The position numbers and the translations under genes are program-made. From NCBI GenBank assembly GCA_963765575.1, contig CAVXWZ010000002.1, positions 480,001 to 544,000 of the forward strand: DNA of 64,000 bases, in the 5' to 3' direction. This stretch comes from an uncultured cyanobacterium. GTDB taxonomy: Bacteria > Cyanobacteriota > Cyanobacteriia > PCC-6307 > Cyanobiaceae. Below are positions 29,890 to 41,440 of the stretch, one piece after another. Position 1 is the stretch's first letter. The number at the start of each line of letters is the position of its first letter. The notes under the pieces were generated by a model. It did no database searches, was not told the origin of the DNA, and was given only the letters and a program-made list of their open reading frames with translations.

Positions 29890-31211
29890 GTCGGGCACTG
29901 CCGCGGCGCTGGCCCGGGCCCGCCGCGGCCATCGGGCTGGGCCTGCTGCTGGCGTTGATCATCGGCCTGCTGAGCTCGGTCTGGGCGCGTCCGGCCACCG
30001 TGGTGCGCGTGTTGATGCCGGCCCCCTTCGCCGATGCCACGGCCGCTGTGGTGGCGGAGTTCAACCGCAGCCACCGCGACCTGCGCATCGCCGTCACCAG
30101 GGGCCCGTTCCAGACCGATGCGGTGTCGGACCTGGCGATCAGCAGCCTGCTGCTGGGCGACAGCCCCTACGACCTGCTGCTGATGGACGTCACCTGGACG
30201 GCCAAGTACGCCGCAGCCGGCTGGCTGCAGCCCCTGGACGCCTGGCTCGGCCCCGGGGCCCTCGAGCCCCTGGTGAGCGGCGCCCGCAGCGGCAACCGCA
30301 TCGACGGTCGCCTCTACCGGCTGCCGCTGGTGGCCGACATGGGGCTGCTCTACTGGCGCACCGACCTGATGGCGGCCCCGCCGCGCACCCCCGATGAGCT
30401 GGTGGCGATCTCCCGGCGCCTTCAGGAGCAGGGCCAGGTGCGCTGGGGCTACGTGTGGCAGGGCCGCCAGTACGAGGGGCTGAGCTGCGTGTTCCTGGAG
30501 CTCATCAACGGCTTCGGTGGCCAGTGGGGCCCGGGCCCTGGCGGTGCAACCGGTTTCGGCCTGGCCGGCCAGCCGGCGGCGCGGGCGGCCGGCTGGCTGC
30601 AGCAGCTGGTGCGCGAAGGGATCAGCCCCCGGGCGGTGGCCAACTTCGCCGAACCCGAGGCCCTGCAGAGCTTCGCGGCGGGCGAGGCCGCCTTCCTGCG
30701 CAACTGGCCCTACGCCTGGCAGGAGCTGCAGCGCGACGGCAGTGCCGTGGCCGGCCGGGTGGGCGTCACCACGATGGTGGCCGAGCCGGGGGCACCCCAC
30801 GCCGCCACCCAGGGCAGCTGGGGGTTGTCGCTGCTCACGGGCAGCCCCCACCCCGAGGCGGCGGTGGCGGCGCTGCAGGCCCTCACCGGCGAGGCCAGCC
30901 AGCGCCGGCTGGTGAGCCAGTACGGCTACACCCCCACCCTCACGGCCCTGTTCGACGACCCCCAGCTGGTGGCCGCACGGCCGCTGCTGCCCGAGCTGCG
31001 CCAGGCCCTGGACCAGGCGGTGCTGCGGCCCATCAACCCCGGTTACGCCCAGCTCAGCGACATCCTCCAGCGCCAGCTCAGCGGCCTGATCACCGGCAAC
31101 GCCGATCCCGCCGCCGCCATGGCCCGGGCGGGCCGTGACAGCGATCTGCTGCTGCGGGCCAGCGGCCAGGCCCGCCCGCAGCGTCCGCAGGCCGGCGCGG
31201 TGGCCCCATGA
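29886..31211 (+). CDS. Sugar/osmolyte ABC transporter substrate-binding protein
   Basis: TTG start overlaps the ggpS stop. N-terminal TM anchor, DLLLMDVTW, QGRQYEGL and FLRNWPYA. Confidence 0.88.
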   Translation: MSRALPRRWPGPAAAIGLGLLLALIIGLLSSVWARPATVVRVLMPAPFADATAAVVAEFNRSHRDLRIAVTRGPFQTDAVSDLAISSLLLGDSPYDLLLMDVTWTAKYAAAGWLQPLDAWLGPGALEPLVSGARSGNRIDGRLYRLPLVADMGLLYWRTDLMAAPPRTPDELVAISRRLQEQGQVRWGYVWQGRQYEGLSCVFLELINGFGGQWGPGPGGATGFGLAGQPAARAAGWLQQLVREGISPRAVANFAEPEALQSFAAGEAAFLRNWPYAWQELQRDGSAVAGRVGVTTMVAEPGAPHAATQGSWGLSLLTGSPHPEAAVAALQALTGEASQRRLVSQYGYTPTLTALFDDPQLVAARPLLPELRQALDQAVLRPINPGYAQLSDILQRQLSGLITGNADPAAAMARAGRDSDLLLRASGQARPQRPQAGAVAP

Positions 31212-32065
31212 GCGGCCTGCTGCTGATGGCCCCCGCCCTGCTGCTGTTGCTGGCGGTGTTCGTGTGGCCCCTGCTCGACTACGCCTGGCTGAGCCTGCAG
31301 GCCCAGTCGGTGTTCACCGGCCTGGAGGCGGTGCCGGTGGGCACGCTCAACTGGGAGCGGCTGCTGGCCGACGGCCGCTTCTGGCAGGACGCCTGGCAGA
31401 CCCTGCGCTTCGCGGCCGTGTCGGTGGCGCTGGAGCTGGTGGCGGGCCTGGCGATCGCCCTGCTGCTGCACCAGCGCTGGCGGGGCCGGGGGGTGGTGCG
31501 CAGCCTGTCCCTGCTGCCCTGGGCCCTGCCCACCACCGTGATGGCCCTGGGCTGGCGCTGGATCTTCAACGATCCCTACGGCCCGATCAACGGCCTGCTG
31601 CAGCTGCTGGGGCTGGCCAGCGTGCCCTTCCTGGCGGACCCGCAGCTGGCCTGGATGGCCACGGTGGTGGCCGACGTCTGGAAGACCACCCCCTTCGTGG
31701 CCCTGCTGCTGCTGGCCGGGCTGCAGACGATTCCCGAGGATCTCTACGAGGCCTTCGCCCTCGAGGGCGGCACGCCCTGGCAGGGGCTGTGGCGCATCAC
31801 CCTGCCCCTGCTGCGTCCCTACGTGTTCATCGTGTTGCTGTTCCGGCTGGCCCAGGCCCTGGGGGTCTTCGACCTGATCGCCGTGCTCACCGGCGGCGGC
31901 CCGGCGAGCAGCACCGAAAGCCTGGCGGTGTATGCCTACCTCAACGCCATGCGCTTCCTCGATTTCGGCTACAGCGCCACGGTGATGCTGGGCATGTTCC
32001 TGCTGTTGCTGGCGGGGGCCGGAGCGCTGCTGCTCTGGAGCCGACGGAATGAGGTGCGGGCATGA
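31208..32065 (+). CDS. Carbohydrate ABC transporter permease
   Basis: WKTTPF..LLLLAGLQTIP.DLYEA EAA loop and TGGGP. Confidence 0.92.
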   Translation: MSGLLLMAPALLLLLAVFVWPLLDYAWLSLQAQSVFTGLEAVPVGTLNWERLLADGRFWQDAWQTLRFAAVSVALELVAGLAIALLLHQRWRGRGVVRSLSLLPWALPTTVMALGWRWIFNDPYGPINGLLQLLGLASVPFLADPQLAWMATVVADVWKTTPFVALLLLAGLQTIPEDLYEAFALEGGTPWQGLWRITLPLLRPYVFIVLLFRLAQALGVFDLIAVLTGGGPASSTESLAVYAYLNAMRFLDFGYSATVMLGMFLLLLAGAGALLLWSRRNEVRA

Positions 32066-32874
32066 GGCGCAAGGCTCTGGTGGCGCTGCTGCTGCTCTGG
32101 AGCCTGGGGCCGATGCTCTGGCAGCTCTACACCTCCCTGCGCACCCCCGAGGCGTTGCTGGCGGGCGCCGCCGGCCTGGGCGGCGGCTGGACCCTGGCCA
32201 ACTACGGCGCCGTGCTGGGGGGCGATCCACCCTTCTGGCGCTATCTGCTCAACAGCACCGCGGTGGGGGCCCTCAGCACCCTGCTCACCCTGGCCCTGGC
32301 GATTCCCTGCGCCTATGCCCTCAGTCGCCGCACGGGCCTGCTGCGGCTGCTGGTGGGCGGCGGCCTGCTGGCGGCGGCGGTGTTCCCCTACGTGCTGCTG
32401 TTTCTGGCCCTGCTGCAGGTGGCCCGCCAGCTGGGCCTGGCCAACAACCTGCTCGCCCTCTGCCTGCCCTACGCCGGCCTGCAGCTGCCGCTGGCGGTGC
32501 TGCTGCTGCAGGCGGCCTTCACCGAGCTGCCGGCGGAACTGGAGGAGAGCGCCCTGCTGGAGGGCTTCAGCCTCTGGCAGCGGCTGCGCTGGATCCTGCT
32601 GCCGCTGATGGGCCCGGCGGTGGTGAGCACCGGCCTGCTGGTGTTCCTGTTCAGCTGGAATGAATTCCCGATCGCCCTCACCTGGATCAGCCGCAGCGAG
32701 CTGCTCACCCTGGCCCCGGCGATGGCGCGCATCGCCGGCTCGTCGGTGTACACCGTGCCCTACGGCGCCTTCGCGGCGGCCACGGTGCTGGGCAGCCTGC
32801 CCCTGCTGGCCCTGCTGCTGCTGTTCCAGCGCCAGATCGTCGCCGGCCTCACCCAGGGAGCGATCAAGGGATGA
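32062..32874 (+). CDS. Carbohydrate ABC transporter permease
   Basis: LPAELEESALLEG EAA loop, SWNEF and FQRQIVAGLT.G. Confidence 0.92.
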   Translation: MRRKALVALLLLWSLGPMLWQLYTSLRTPEALLAGAAGLGGGWTLANYGAVLGGDPPFWRYLLNSTAVGALSTLLTLALAIPCAYALSRRTGLLRLLVGGGLLAAAVFPYVLLFLALLQVARQLGLANNLLALCLPYAGLQLPLAVLLLQAAFTELPAELEESALLEGFSLWQRLRWILLPLMGPAVVSTGLLVFLFSWNEFPIALTWISRSELLTLAPAMARIAGSSVYTVPYGAFAAATVLGSLPLLALLLLFQRQIVAGLTQGAIKG

Positions 32875-32917
32875 CACCGTCAATCCAGGCAGAACGCCGG
32901 CGCCGATGCCCCCTGAT

Positions 32918-32964
32918 TCGCCATGACCGCCTCGCCATGACCGCCGCACCATGATGGCCACACC

Positions 32965-32973
<9 letters not shown>
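32918..32973 (+). repeat. Degenerate 14-bp-period tandem repeat (TCGCCATGACCGCC-like), each unit containing ATG
   Basis: ATGs at 32923, 32937, 32951 and 32965; the first two units are identical. Confidence 0.8.
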
Positions 32974-34003
<1,030 letters not shown>

Positions 34004-34073
34004 GGCGCGGCAGTTGGCAGCCCGGAGCGTTCGGCCTAGACCGAACGGCAGACCCCTCGCGTGAGAGCTGTTG

Positions 34074-35999
34074 ATGGCCGACCAGCCCAGGCCCTGGTGG
34101 GAAGGCTGCGTGATCTACCAGCTGATGCCGCGCAGCTTCAACGACGCCAGCGGTGACGGCATCGGCGACCTGGCGGGTGTCACCGCCCGCCTGCCCTATC
34201 TGCAATGGCTGGGGATCGATGCCATCTGGCTGACGCCGATCTACCCCTCGCCGCTGCGCGACGGCGGCTACGACATCACCGACTTCACGGCGATCCACCC
34301 CGACCTGGGCAACCTCGACGATCTGGTGCAGCTGATCGACCAGGCCCATGCCCACGACATCCGCGTGATCCTCGATCTGGTGCTGAACCACACCAGCGTG
34401 CTGCACCCCTGGTTCCAGCGGGCCCGCTGGGCCCCCACCGGCAGTGCCGAGCGCGACTTCTACGTGTGGCGCGACCACGACCGCGGCTATCCCGAGGCGC
34501 CGGTGCTGTTCCGCCACTTCGAGCGCTCGAACTGGGAGTGGGATGACGTGGCCCGGCAGTACTACCTGCACCGCTTCCTGCGCCACCAGCCCGACCTCAA
34601 CTACGCCAACCCGGCGGTGCAGACGGCCATGCTCAGCGTGGTGGACTTCTGGCTGGAGCTGGAGGTGGACGGCTTCCGGCTCGACGCCGTGCCGTTCCTG
34701 TTCGAGGCGGAGGGCAGCCGCTGCGAGGGCCTGCCCGAAACCCATGCCTTCCTGCAGGAGGTGCGCGCGCGCGTGGAGGCCTGTGACCGGGACGTGCTGC
34801 TGCTGGCCGAGGCGATCCAGCCCGTGGTCGAATCAGCCCCCTACCTGGCTGCGGGCGAGCTGCACGCCGCCTTCGACTTCGTGCTCACAGCCCAGCTGTT
34901 CGCGGCCCTGGCCCAGGGCCGGGTGGAGGAGCTGCGCGAGTGTCTCGCCCATTCCCAGGAGCTGGTGCCGGGCTGCCGCTGGGCGCTGCCGCTGCGCAAC
35001 CATGACGAGCTCTGGCTGGGGGACGGCCACCTGGTGGAGGAGTCGGTGGTGGAAGCGATCCGGGCCGGCTTCCCCACCGCCGAAGGGCACTGGCTGAACT
35101 GGGGCATCAACCGGCGCCTGGCCCCGTTGCTCAACGGCGATCCGCGCCCCAACGCGCTGCTGCACGCCCTGCTCTACAGCCTCCCCGGCCTGCCCTGCCT
35201 CTACTACGGCGATGAGCTGGGCATGGGCGACTGGCCGGGCCTGCGCGACCGCGACCCCAACCGCACCCCCATGGCCTGGACCAGCGAGCGCAACGGTGGC
35301 TTTTCCAGCGCCCCCGACCCCCTGCTGGTGCTGCCGCCGATCACAGCCCCCGGCTACGACTACCGCGTGATGAACGTGGAGGTGCAGCAGCAACTCTCCG
35401 GCTCGCTGCTCAACTGGCACCGGCGCATGCTCACCAGCCGCCGGCACCTGCCGGCCCTGCGCCACGGCGACTTCAGCCTCTTGCCCAGCGACCACCCCAG
35501 CGTGCTCTGCTTCGCCCGCAGCAGCGCCAGCATGACCCTGGTGATCGCCGCCAATGTGTCCGGCGCCGGTGCCGCCACCCGTCTCGACCTCAGCCCCTGG
35601 CAGGGCAGCCAGGTGCGGGAGGTGATCTGGGGCTGCGAATTCCCCCCCGCCAGCGACGACTGGTTTGTGTACCTGCCCGCCTACGGCTTCTTCTGGTGGA
35701 TGGTGGGAGACGAGAAGACTGAAGAGCCCGCGGACGGGGGGGAGCAGGTGGCCGCCGATGCCGATCCCGACAACGCCGCCGATGCCCCCCCAGCCGCGAC
35801 CGCGGCCAGCGCCGTCAGCCGGCGGCGGCGGAAATCCCCGCGCGCTCCAGCTCCTGCTGCAGCAGCGCCCGCACCGGATCCTGCAGGCGCGCAGCCTCGG
35901 CCTGATCCACAAAGCCCAGCCGGCAGCGACGCTCCAGCACGTCGGCGGGCTCGCGGGCCCACTCGTGCCGCACGGCGTGGCGAACCTCGGCCGCGGTGA
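34074..35999 (+). CDS. GH13 trehalose synthase (TreS)-like alpha-glucosidase
   Basis: SPLRDGGYD, DLVLNHTS, HQPDLN, GFRLDAVP, LLAEA, LRNHDEL and YYGDELGM motifs; low-complexity C-terminal tail. Confidence 0.85.
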   Translation: MADQPRPWWEGCVIYQLMPRSFNDASGDGIGDLAGVTARLPYLQWLGIDAIWLTPIYPSPLRDGGYDITDFTAIHPDLGNLDDLVQLIDQAHAHDIRVILDLVLNHTSVLHPWFQRARWAPTGSAERDFYVWRDHDRGYPEAPVLFRHFERSNWEWDDVARQYYLHRFLRHQPDLNYANPAVQTAMLSVVDFWLELEVDGFRLDAVPFLFEAEGSRCEGLPETHAFLQEVRARVEACDRDVLLLAEAIQPVVESAPYLAAGELHAAFDFVLTAQLFAALAQGRVEELRECLAHSQELVPGCRWALPLRNHDELWLGDGHLVEESVVEAIRAGFPTAEGHWLNWGINRRLAPLLNGDPRPNALLHALLYSLPGLPCLYYGDELGMGDWPGLRDRDPNRTPMAWTSERNGGFSSAPDPLLVLPPITAPGYDYRVMNVEVQQQLSGSLLNWHRRMLTSRRHLPALRHGDFSLLPSDHPSVLCFARSSASMTLVIAANVSGAGAATRLDLSPWQGSQVREVIWGCEFPPASDDWFVYLPAYGFFWWMVGDEKTEEPADGGEQVAADADPDNAADAPPAATAASAVSRRRRKSPRAPAPAAAAPAPDPAGAQPRPDPQSPAGSDAPARRRARGPTRAARRGEPRPR

Positions 36000-37392
36000 G
36001 GGGGATCACGGCGCTCAGGGGCTCCAGCTCCGCCGCCGTGGCGGCACAGGCCAGCACCGCCTCCACCTGCAGGCCGTGGCTCGCCAGCAGGTGGGCCACC
36101 AGGGCGGGGGGATGGTGCTGCAGCAGGCGCTGCTCCAGCGCCGTCAGCTGAAGGCGGCTGGTGGCGCCATCGGCCGTCGCGCCCAGGATCGGGGTGGTGG
36201 CCTGGGGCGCCGGCAGCGGTCGGCCGAGCTGCTCAGCCACCGCCGCCAGGGCGTCGAGGGCCATCGGCCGGCAGGTGGTCCACTTGCCGCCCATCAGGCT
36301 CACCAGGCCGCAGGGCAGGGTTTCCACCGCGTGCTCGCGCACGATGCCGGCGGTGCCGCCAGCGGCGCCGGCGTCCGGCAGCAGCAGCGGGCGGCCGCCG
36401 GCCCAGCGGCTGGCCACCAGCGGTTCACCGTGGGCCGGGAACCAGCGCCGCACGTAGTCGAGCAGGTAAGACTCCTCATCGGCGCTGGGGGACTCAGCCG
36501 CACTAGCGGGGCAAGCGGTGTCGGTGGTGCCCACCAGCGTGCGCCCGTAGAAGGGCAGCACGAACAGCACGCGGCCGTCGTCGGTGGAGGGCACCAGCAG
36601 GCCGGTGCCGCCGGGGCAGAGATCGGCCTCCAGCACCACGTGCGCGCCGCGGCTCACCTGCAGGCGCGGGGCCACATCGGGCTCGGCCAGCCGGCGGATG
36701 GCATCGGCGCCGATGCCGGTGGCGTTGACCACCGCCGCCGCCTGCAGCCGCAGGGCGCTGCCGTCGCGCTGCTGCAGCACGGCACCGTTGAGCCGCCCCG
36801 CCCCGTCACGCAACAGCTCCACCACCGGCGCCTGGGTCCACACCCGCACGCCCAGGCCGGCGGCGGTGCGCGCCAGCAGCAGGTTGAGGCGGGCATCGTC
36901 GAACTGGCCGTCGCTGTAGGCCACCCCGCCGTGGCCGGGGGCGAGCTGGGGCAGCCGCTGCCGCACCTCATCGGCCGACACACAGCGGCTGGCGCCAATG
37001 CTGCGGCGGCCGGCGAGGGCGTCGTAGAGGGCCAGGCCGGTGCCGTAATAGAGCTTGGCGATCGGCTGGCGGGTGGGCAGCAGCAGCTCCAGGCGGCGGG
37101 CCAGGAACGGCGCCGCCTCCAGCCAGTGGCCCCGCTCGGCCAGGGCTTCGCGCACCAGCTGCAGCTGGCGCCGGTCGAAGCGGCGGAAGGCCAGCTCCAG
37201 ATAGCGCACGCCCCCGTGCAGCAGCTTGGTGCTGCGGCTGCTGGTGCCGCTGGCGATGTCATGGCCCTCCACCAGCGCCACCGCCAGGCCGCGGCGGGCG
37301 GCCTCGAAGGCGATCGAGGCGCCGCTGGCGCCGGCACCGATCACCAGCAGGTCGAAGTGGGGGTTGGGTTCGGCGGTGGCGGCGGCTGTCAT
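35815..37392 (-). CDS. glpD: FAD-dependent glycerol-3-phosphate dehydrogenase
   Basis: IGAGASG, GTSSRSTKLLHGGVRYL, DDARL, DGRVLF, GTTD and GGKWTT motifs. Confidence 0.93.
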   Translation of the reverse strand: MTAAATAEPNPHFDLLVIGAGASGASIAFEAARRGLAVALVEGHDIASGTSSRSTKLLHGGVRYLELAFRRFDRRQLQLVREALAERGHWLEAAPFLARRLELLLPTRQPIAKLYYGTGLALYDALAGRRSIGASRCVSADEVRQRLPQLAPGHGGVAYSDGQFDDARLNLLLARTAAGLGVRVWTQAPVVELLRDGAGRLNGAVLQQRDGSALRLQAAAVVNATGIGADAIRRLAEPDVAPRLQVSRGAHVVLEADLCPGGTGLLVPSTDDGRVLFVLPFYGRTLVGTTDTACPASAAESPSADEESYLLDYVRRWFPAHGEPLVASRWAGGRPLLLPDAGAAGGTAGIVREHAVETLPCGLVSLMGGKWTTCRPMALDALAAVAEQLGRPLPAPQATTPILGATADGATSRLQLTALEQRLLQHHPPALVAHLLASHGLQVEAVLACAATAAELEPLSAVIPLTAAEVRHAVRHEWAREPADVLERRCRLGFVDQAEAARLQDPVRALLQQELERAGISAAAG

Positions 37393-38945
37393 CAAAGCTG
37401 GGAGGGGGTGGGGCTGGCGGCTGGTGAACTGGGGGCGACAGCGGGGCTGTGCCAGGCGAGGCTGCGGCGCAGGGCCTCCTGCCAGCGGCCCAGCCAGCGC
37501 TCCCGTTCAAGGGTGTCCAGCTGAGGCTGGAACTGGCGGGCCGGCTGCTCACCGGGAACCTGGCGCCAGGCCGCCAGATCCGCCACCACTCCCCCCTGCC
37601 TAGCGGCCAGCAGGGCCACTCCGCGACCGGTGCTCTGCAGATCCGCCCGCCGCCGCACCACCAGACCGGTGGCGTCGGCCTGGGCCTGCAGCAGCAGATC
37701 AGCCGCCGCGGCCCCGCCGTCGGTGGCCAGCTGGGCCAGGGGTTCCGCCATGGCCTCGCTGGCGAGCTGCACCAGGGTGGCCACCGCCAGGGCGATGCCC
37801 TCCAGGGAGGCCCGCGCCAACTGGGCGGCATCGGTGTCGCGGGTGATGCCGATCAGCAGCCCCCGGGCCAGGGGGTCCCAGTGGGGCGTGCCCCAGCCGG
37901 TGAAGGCCGGCACCAGCATCAGGCCGCTGCGGGCGGCCGCCCGGCTGGCCAGGGCGTTCACCTCGTCGGCCTGCTCGATCACCCCCAGCCCGTCCCGCAG
38001 CCACTGCACCACGGTGCCGGCGTTCATGAGGCTGCCCTCAAGGCAGTAGGTGGCGCGGCCGTCGCTGTCGGGCCAGCCGTAGGTGCTGAGCAGACCCTGG
38101 CTGGAGCGGCGGATCTCCCGGCCGGTGTTGATCACCAGAAAGGCGCCGGTGCCATAGGTGCACTTGGCCTCGCCCACCGCCAGGCAGTTCTGGCCCAGGG
38201 TGGCGGCCTGCTGGTCGCCGAGCATGGCGGTGATCGGCACCCCGGCGAAGGGCAGGCCGGCGGCGATCGTGCCGAAGTCGGCGGCGCTGGGCAGCAGCTC
38301 CGGCAGCAGCGCCTGCGGCACCCCCAGCGCCTCGCAGAGCTGGCCATCCCAGCGGCCCGACTCCAGGTCCATCAGCAGGGTGCGGCTGGCGTTGCTGCGC
38401 TCGCTGGCATGGCGGCGGCCCGCAGTGAGTTGCCAGAGCAGCCAGCTGTCCACCGTGCCGAAGGCCAGCTCACCGGCGGCCGCCGCCGCCGCGGCGCCGT
38501 GCTCGCGCAGCTGCCACACGATCTTGCTGGCGGAGAAGTAGGGATCGGCCAGCAGGCCGGTGCGCTGGCGCAGCAGCGGCTCCAGGCCCTGGCGCTTCCA
38601 CTGGGCGCAGATGGGGGCGGTGCGGCCGTCCTGCCACACGATCGCCGGCCCGATCGGCTCGCCGCCTGAGCGCCGCCAGAGCAGGGTGGTCTCGCGCTGG
38701 TTGGCGATGCCGCAGGCCGCCACGGCACGCCGCTGCTCGGGGCTGATGGCCCGCTCCAGGGCGGCCATGGCCTCCCGCTGGCTGTGCCAGATCGCCATGC
38801 CGTCCTGCTCCACCCAGCCGTCGGCGGGGTAGTGGTTGGCCAGCAGGGCGCTGCAGCTGTGCAGCCGGCGTCCGCTGCTGTCGATAATCGCGGCCCGGGA
38901 GCTGGTGGTGCCCTGATCGAGGGCAAGCAGCAGGGGCGTGGTCAT
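37392..38945 (-). CDS. glpK: Glycerol kinase
   Basis: ALDQGTTSSR, NQRETT, WQDGRT, NASRT, GDQQAA and KCTYGTG motifs. Confidence 0.95.
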   Translation of the reverse strand: MTTPLLLALDQGTTSSRAAIIDSSGRRLHSCSALLANHYPADGWVEQDGMAIWHSQREAMAALERAISPEQRRAVAACGIANQRETTLLWRRSGGEPIGPAIVWQDGRTAPICAQWKRQGLEPLLRQRTGLLADPYFSASKIVWQLREHGAAAAAAAGELAFGTVDSWLLWQLTAGRRHASERSNASRTLLMDLESGRWDGQLCEALGVPQALLPELLPSAADFGTIAAGLPFAGVPITAMLGDQQAATLGQNCLAVGEAKCTYGTGAFLVINTGREIRRSSQGLLSTYGWPDSDGRATYCLEGSLMNAGTVVQWLRDGLGVIEQADEVNALASRAAARSGLMLVPAFTGWGTPHWDPLARGLLIGITRDTDAAQLARASLEGIALAVATLVQLASEAMAEPLAQLATDGGAAAADLLLQAQADATGLVVRRRADLQSTGRGVALLAARQGGVVADLAAWRQVPGEQPARQFQPQLDTLERERWLGRWQEALRRSLAWHSPAVAPSSPAASPTPSQL

Positions 38946-39014
38946 GCGCGGTGTCCTCGGCGGGGGTGCCTGGTTTCGTGCTAGCGCTGCTGGCGCCGAG
39001 CACCAAGGGGATCG

Positions 39015-40454
39015 ATGGGGCTTGCAACACCGGCCTGGGTGGCCGACGCGGTGGTGCTTCAGGTGTTTCCCGATCGCTTCCGCCGCAGCGGCCGCGTGGG
39101 GGCGCAACAGGATCTGCAGCTGGTGCCCTGGGGCAGCCCGCCGGACGGGCAGGGCTTTCAGGGGGGTGATCTGTTCGGGGTGATCGATGGTCTCGACCGC
39201 ATCCAGGCCCTCGGCGTCACCGCCCTGTCCCTGAACCCGGTGTTCGCCTCGGCGGCCAACCACCGCTACCACACCTTCGAGTATTTCCAGGTGGATCCGC
39301 TGCTGGGCGGCAACACGGCGCTGGAGGCGCTGATCGAGGCGCTGCACGGGCGCGGCATGCGGCTGATCCTCGACGGCGTGTTCAACCACTGCGGCCGGGG
39401 CTTCTGGGCCTTCCACCACCTGCTGGAGAACGGCGCGGCCTCCCCCTACCGCGACTGGTTCCACGTGGAGCACTGGCCGCTGCGGCCCTATCCGGCGGCG
39501 GGCGAGAGCTGCGGCTACCACTGCTGGTGGAACGACCCGGCCCTGCCCCGCTTCAACCACGCCCACCCAGGGGTGCGGCGCTATCTGCTGGCGGTGGCCC
39601 GTCACTGGCTGCAGGCCGGCATCGACGGCTGGCGGCTGGATGTGGCCGATGAGGTGCCGCCGTCCTTCTGGCGCGAGTTCCGCAACGCGGTGCGCGCCAC
39701 CCACCCCGACGCCTGGATCGTGGGCGAGATCTGGCGCGACGGCCGCCCCTGGCTGGCGGAGCCGCCGCTGTTCGACGGGGTGATGAACTATCCCCTGACC
39801 TGGCCGATCCTGGGCTACTTCGGGGCGGCCAGCCTGCGCAGCGAGCTGGTGCTGCCGGCGCTCAACAGCGCTCCCTACCAGCCCCTCGACCGGGCCGGCT
39901 TCGAGCGGCGGGTGCAGGCGGTGCTGGGCTGGTATCCGGCCGCCACCCGCCGGGCCCAGCTCAACCTGCTGGACGGCCACGACACCCCCCGGGCCCTGCA
40001 CGTGCTGCGCGGCGACACCCAGGCCCTGCGGCTCTGCCTGCTGTTCCTGTTCCTGCTGCCCGGCGCCCCCTGCCTCTACTACGGCACCGAGCTGGAGCTG
40101 GCGGGGGGGCCGGAGCCCGGCTGCCGGGAGGCCTATCCCTGGGAGCGCAGCCCCGGCCCGCTGGCGGACTGGATCGCCCGCCTGGCGGCCCTGCGGCAGT
40201 CCCAGCCGGCGCTGCGCGCCGCTGAGCTGCGCTTCCTGCCCAGCCACCACGACGACCTGGTGCTGCTGGAGCGGGGGAGCGGGCCGCAGCGGCTGTGGGT
40301 GGCGATCAACCGCGGCGACCAGGAGCTGGCCGTGGCCGCACCGGCGGGGGCCGGCCCGGTGGTGTGGCCGCAGGCGGGGAGCAACGCCAGCGACAGCGGC
40401 GCCTGGCGGCTGCCGGCGCGCTCAGCCCTGCTGATGGCCCTGGAGCAGGGCTGA
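39015..40454 (+). CDS. GH13 neopullulanase/cyclomaltodextrinase-like glycosidase
   Basis: FPDRF, GGDL.G, NHRY, DGVFNH, GWRLDVADEV, VGEIW, LLDGHD and LYYGTE motifs. Confidence 0.88.
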   Translation: MGLATPAWVADAVVLQVFPDRFRRSGRVGAQQDLQLVPWGSPPDGQGFQGGDLFGVIDGLDRIQALGVTALSLNPVFASAANHRYHTFEYFQVDPLLGGNTALEALIEALHGRGMRLILDGVFNHCGRGFWAFHHLLENGAASPYRDWFHVEHWPLRPYPAAGESCGYHCWWNDPALPRFNHAHPGVRRYLLAVARHWLQAGIDGWRLDVADEVPPSFWREFRNAVRATHPDAWIVGEIWRDGRPWLAEPPLFDGVMNYPLTWPILGYFGAASLRSELVLPALNSAPYQPLDRAGFERRVQAVLGWYPAATRRAQLNLLDGHDTPRALHVLRGDTQALRLCLLFLFLLPGAPCLYYGTELELAGGPEPGCREAYPWERSPGPLADWIARLAALRQSQPALRAAELRFLPSHHDDLVLLERGSGPQRLWVAINRGDQELAVAAPAGAGPVVWPQAGSNASDSGAWRLPARSALLMALEQG

Positions 40455-40488
40455 GCGCGCCAGCGAACACCGCTGAAACCCGGCCCGC

Positions 40489-41379
40489 TCAGACCATCGG
40501 CAGGGAGAAGCGCATTGAGAGGTCGAGCCAGGGGCTGCGGGTCACCGGGGCGCTGGTGGAGATCAGGTCCACCCGGCTGGCGGCATAGGCGCGCAACCGC
40601 TCCGGCGCCACACCGGAGGCCTCCAGCACCGGGGCGCCTCGCCCGGCCGCAGTCGCGGTGCTGGCGGCCAGCTGGCGCAGCTCGGGCACCAGGGCACTGA
40701 GCTGCTCGGGGCTGAAGCCATCCAGCAGCACGCCATCGGCCCCGGCCCGCACCGCCGCCCGCGCTTCGGCCTCGGTTTCGGCCTCCACGATCAGCCGCGC
40801 CGGCCAGGGGGCCTGGGCGCGCACCGCGGCGATCGCCGCGGCCACGCCGCCGGCCCAGGCCAGATGGTTCTCCTTGAGCATGGCGGCGTCGTCGAGGCCG
40901 AGGCGGTGGTTGATGCCGCCGCCACAGCGCACGGCGTATTTCTCCAGCATCCGCAGGCCCGGCGTGGTCTTGCGGGTGTCGGCCAACCCCACCCCCGTGC
41001 CCTCCAGCTCGGCCACCAGCGCCGCGGTGGCGGTGGCGATGCCGCTCAGGCGCATGGCCAGGTTGAGGGCGGTGCGCTCGGCGGCCACCAGGGCAGCGGC
41101 CTCCCCCTGCAGCTCCAGCACCACCTGGCCGGGCCGCAGCGCCTCGCCGTCGGCCACCAGCACCTGCACCGCCACCGCCGGATCGAGCAGGGCGAACAGG
41201 GGCCCCGCCAGCACCCCGCCGCAGAACACGCCCGCCTGCCGGGCGATCCAGCGGGCCGAGCCACGGCGGCCGAGCAGGGCCGGGGCGCTGAGGTCGCCGC
41301 GGCCGATGTCTTCAGCCAGCCAGGAGCGCAGCTGGGCCTCCAGGGCCGGGGTGAAGGCGAGGGTGGGTGGAGCGGCCAT
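40489..41379 (-). CDS. nadC: Nicotinate-nucleotide diphosphorylase (carboxylating)
   Basis: [23 protein letters not shown] and EASG motifs. Confidence 0.95.
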   Translation of the reverse strand: MAAPPTLAFTPALEAQLRSWLAEDIGRGDLSAPALLGRRGSARWIARQAGVFCGGVLAGPLFALLDPAVAVQVLVADGEALRPGQVVLELQGEAAALVAAERTALNLAMRLSGIATATAALVAELEGTGVGLADTRKTTPGLRMLEKYAVRCGGGINHRLGLDDAAMLKENHLAWAGGVAAAIAAVRAQAPWPARLIVEAETEAEARAAVRAGADGVLLDGFSPEQLSALVPELRQLAASTATAAGRGAPVLEASGVAPERLRAYAASRVDLISTSAPVTRSPWLDLSMRFSLPMV

Positions 41380-41440
41380 GGCTCAGGCTGCCGCGGCGGC
41401 TGGGCGGACGCTAGGCCGGCGGGCCCTGGGGGGTCGCGGC

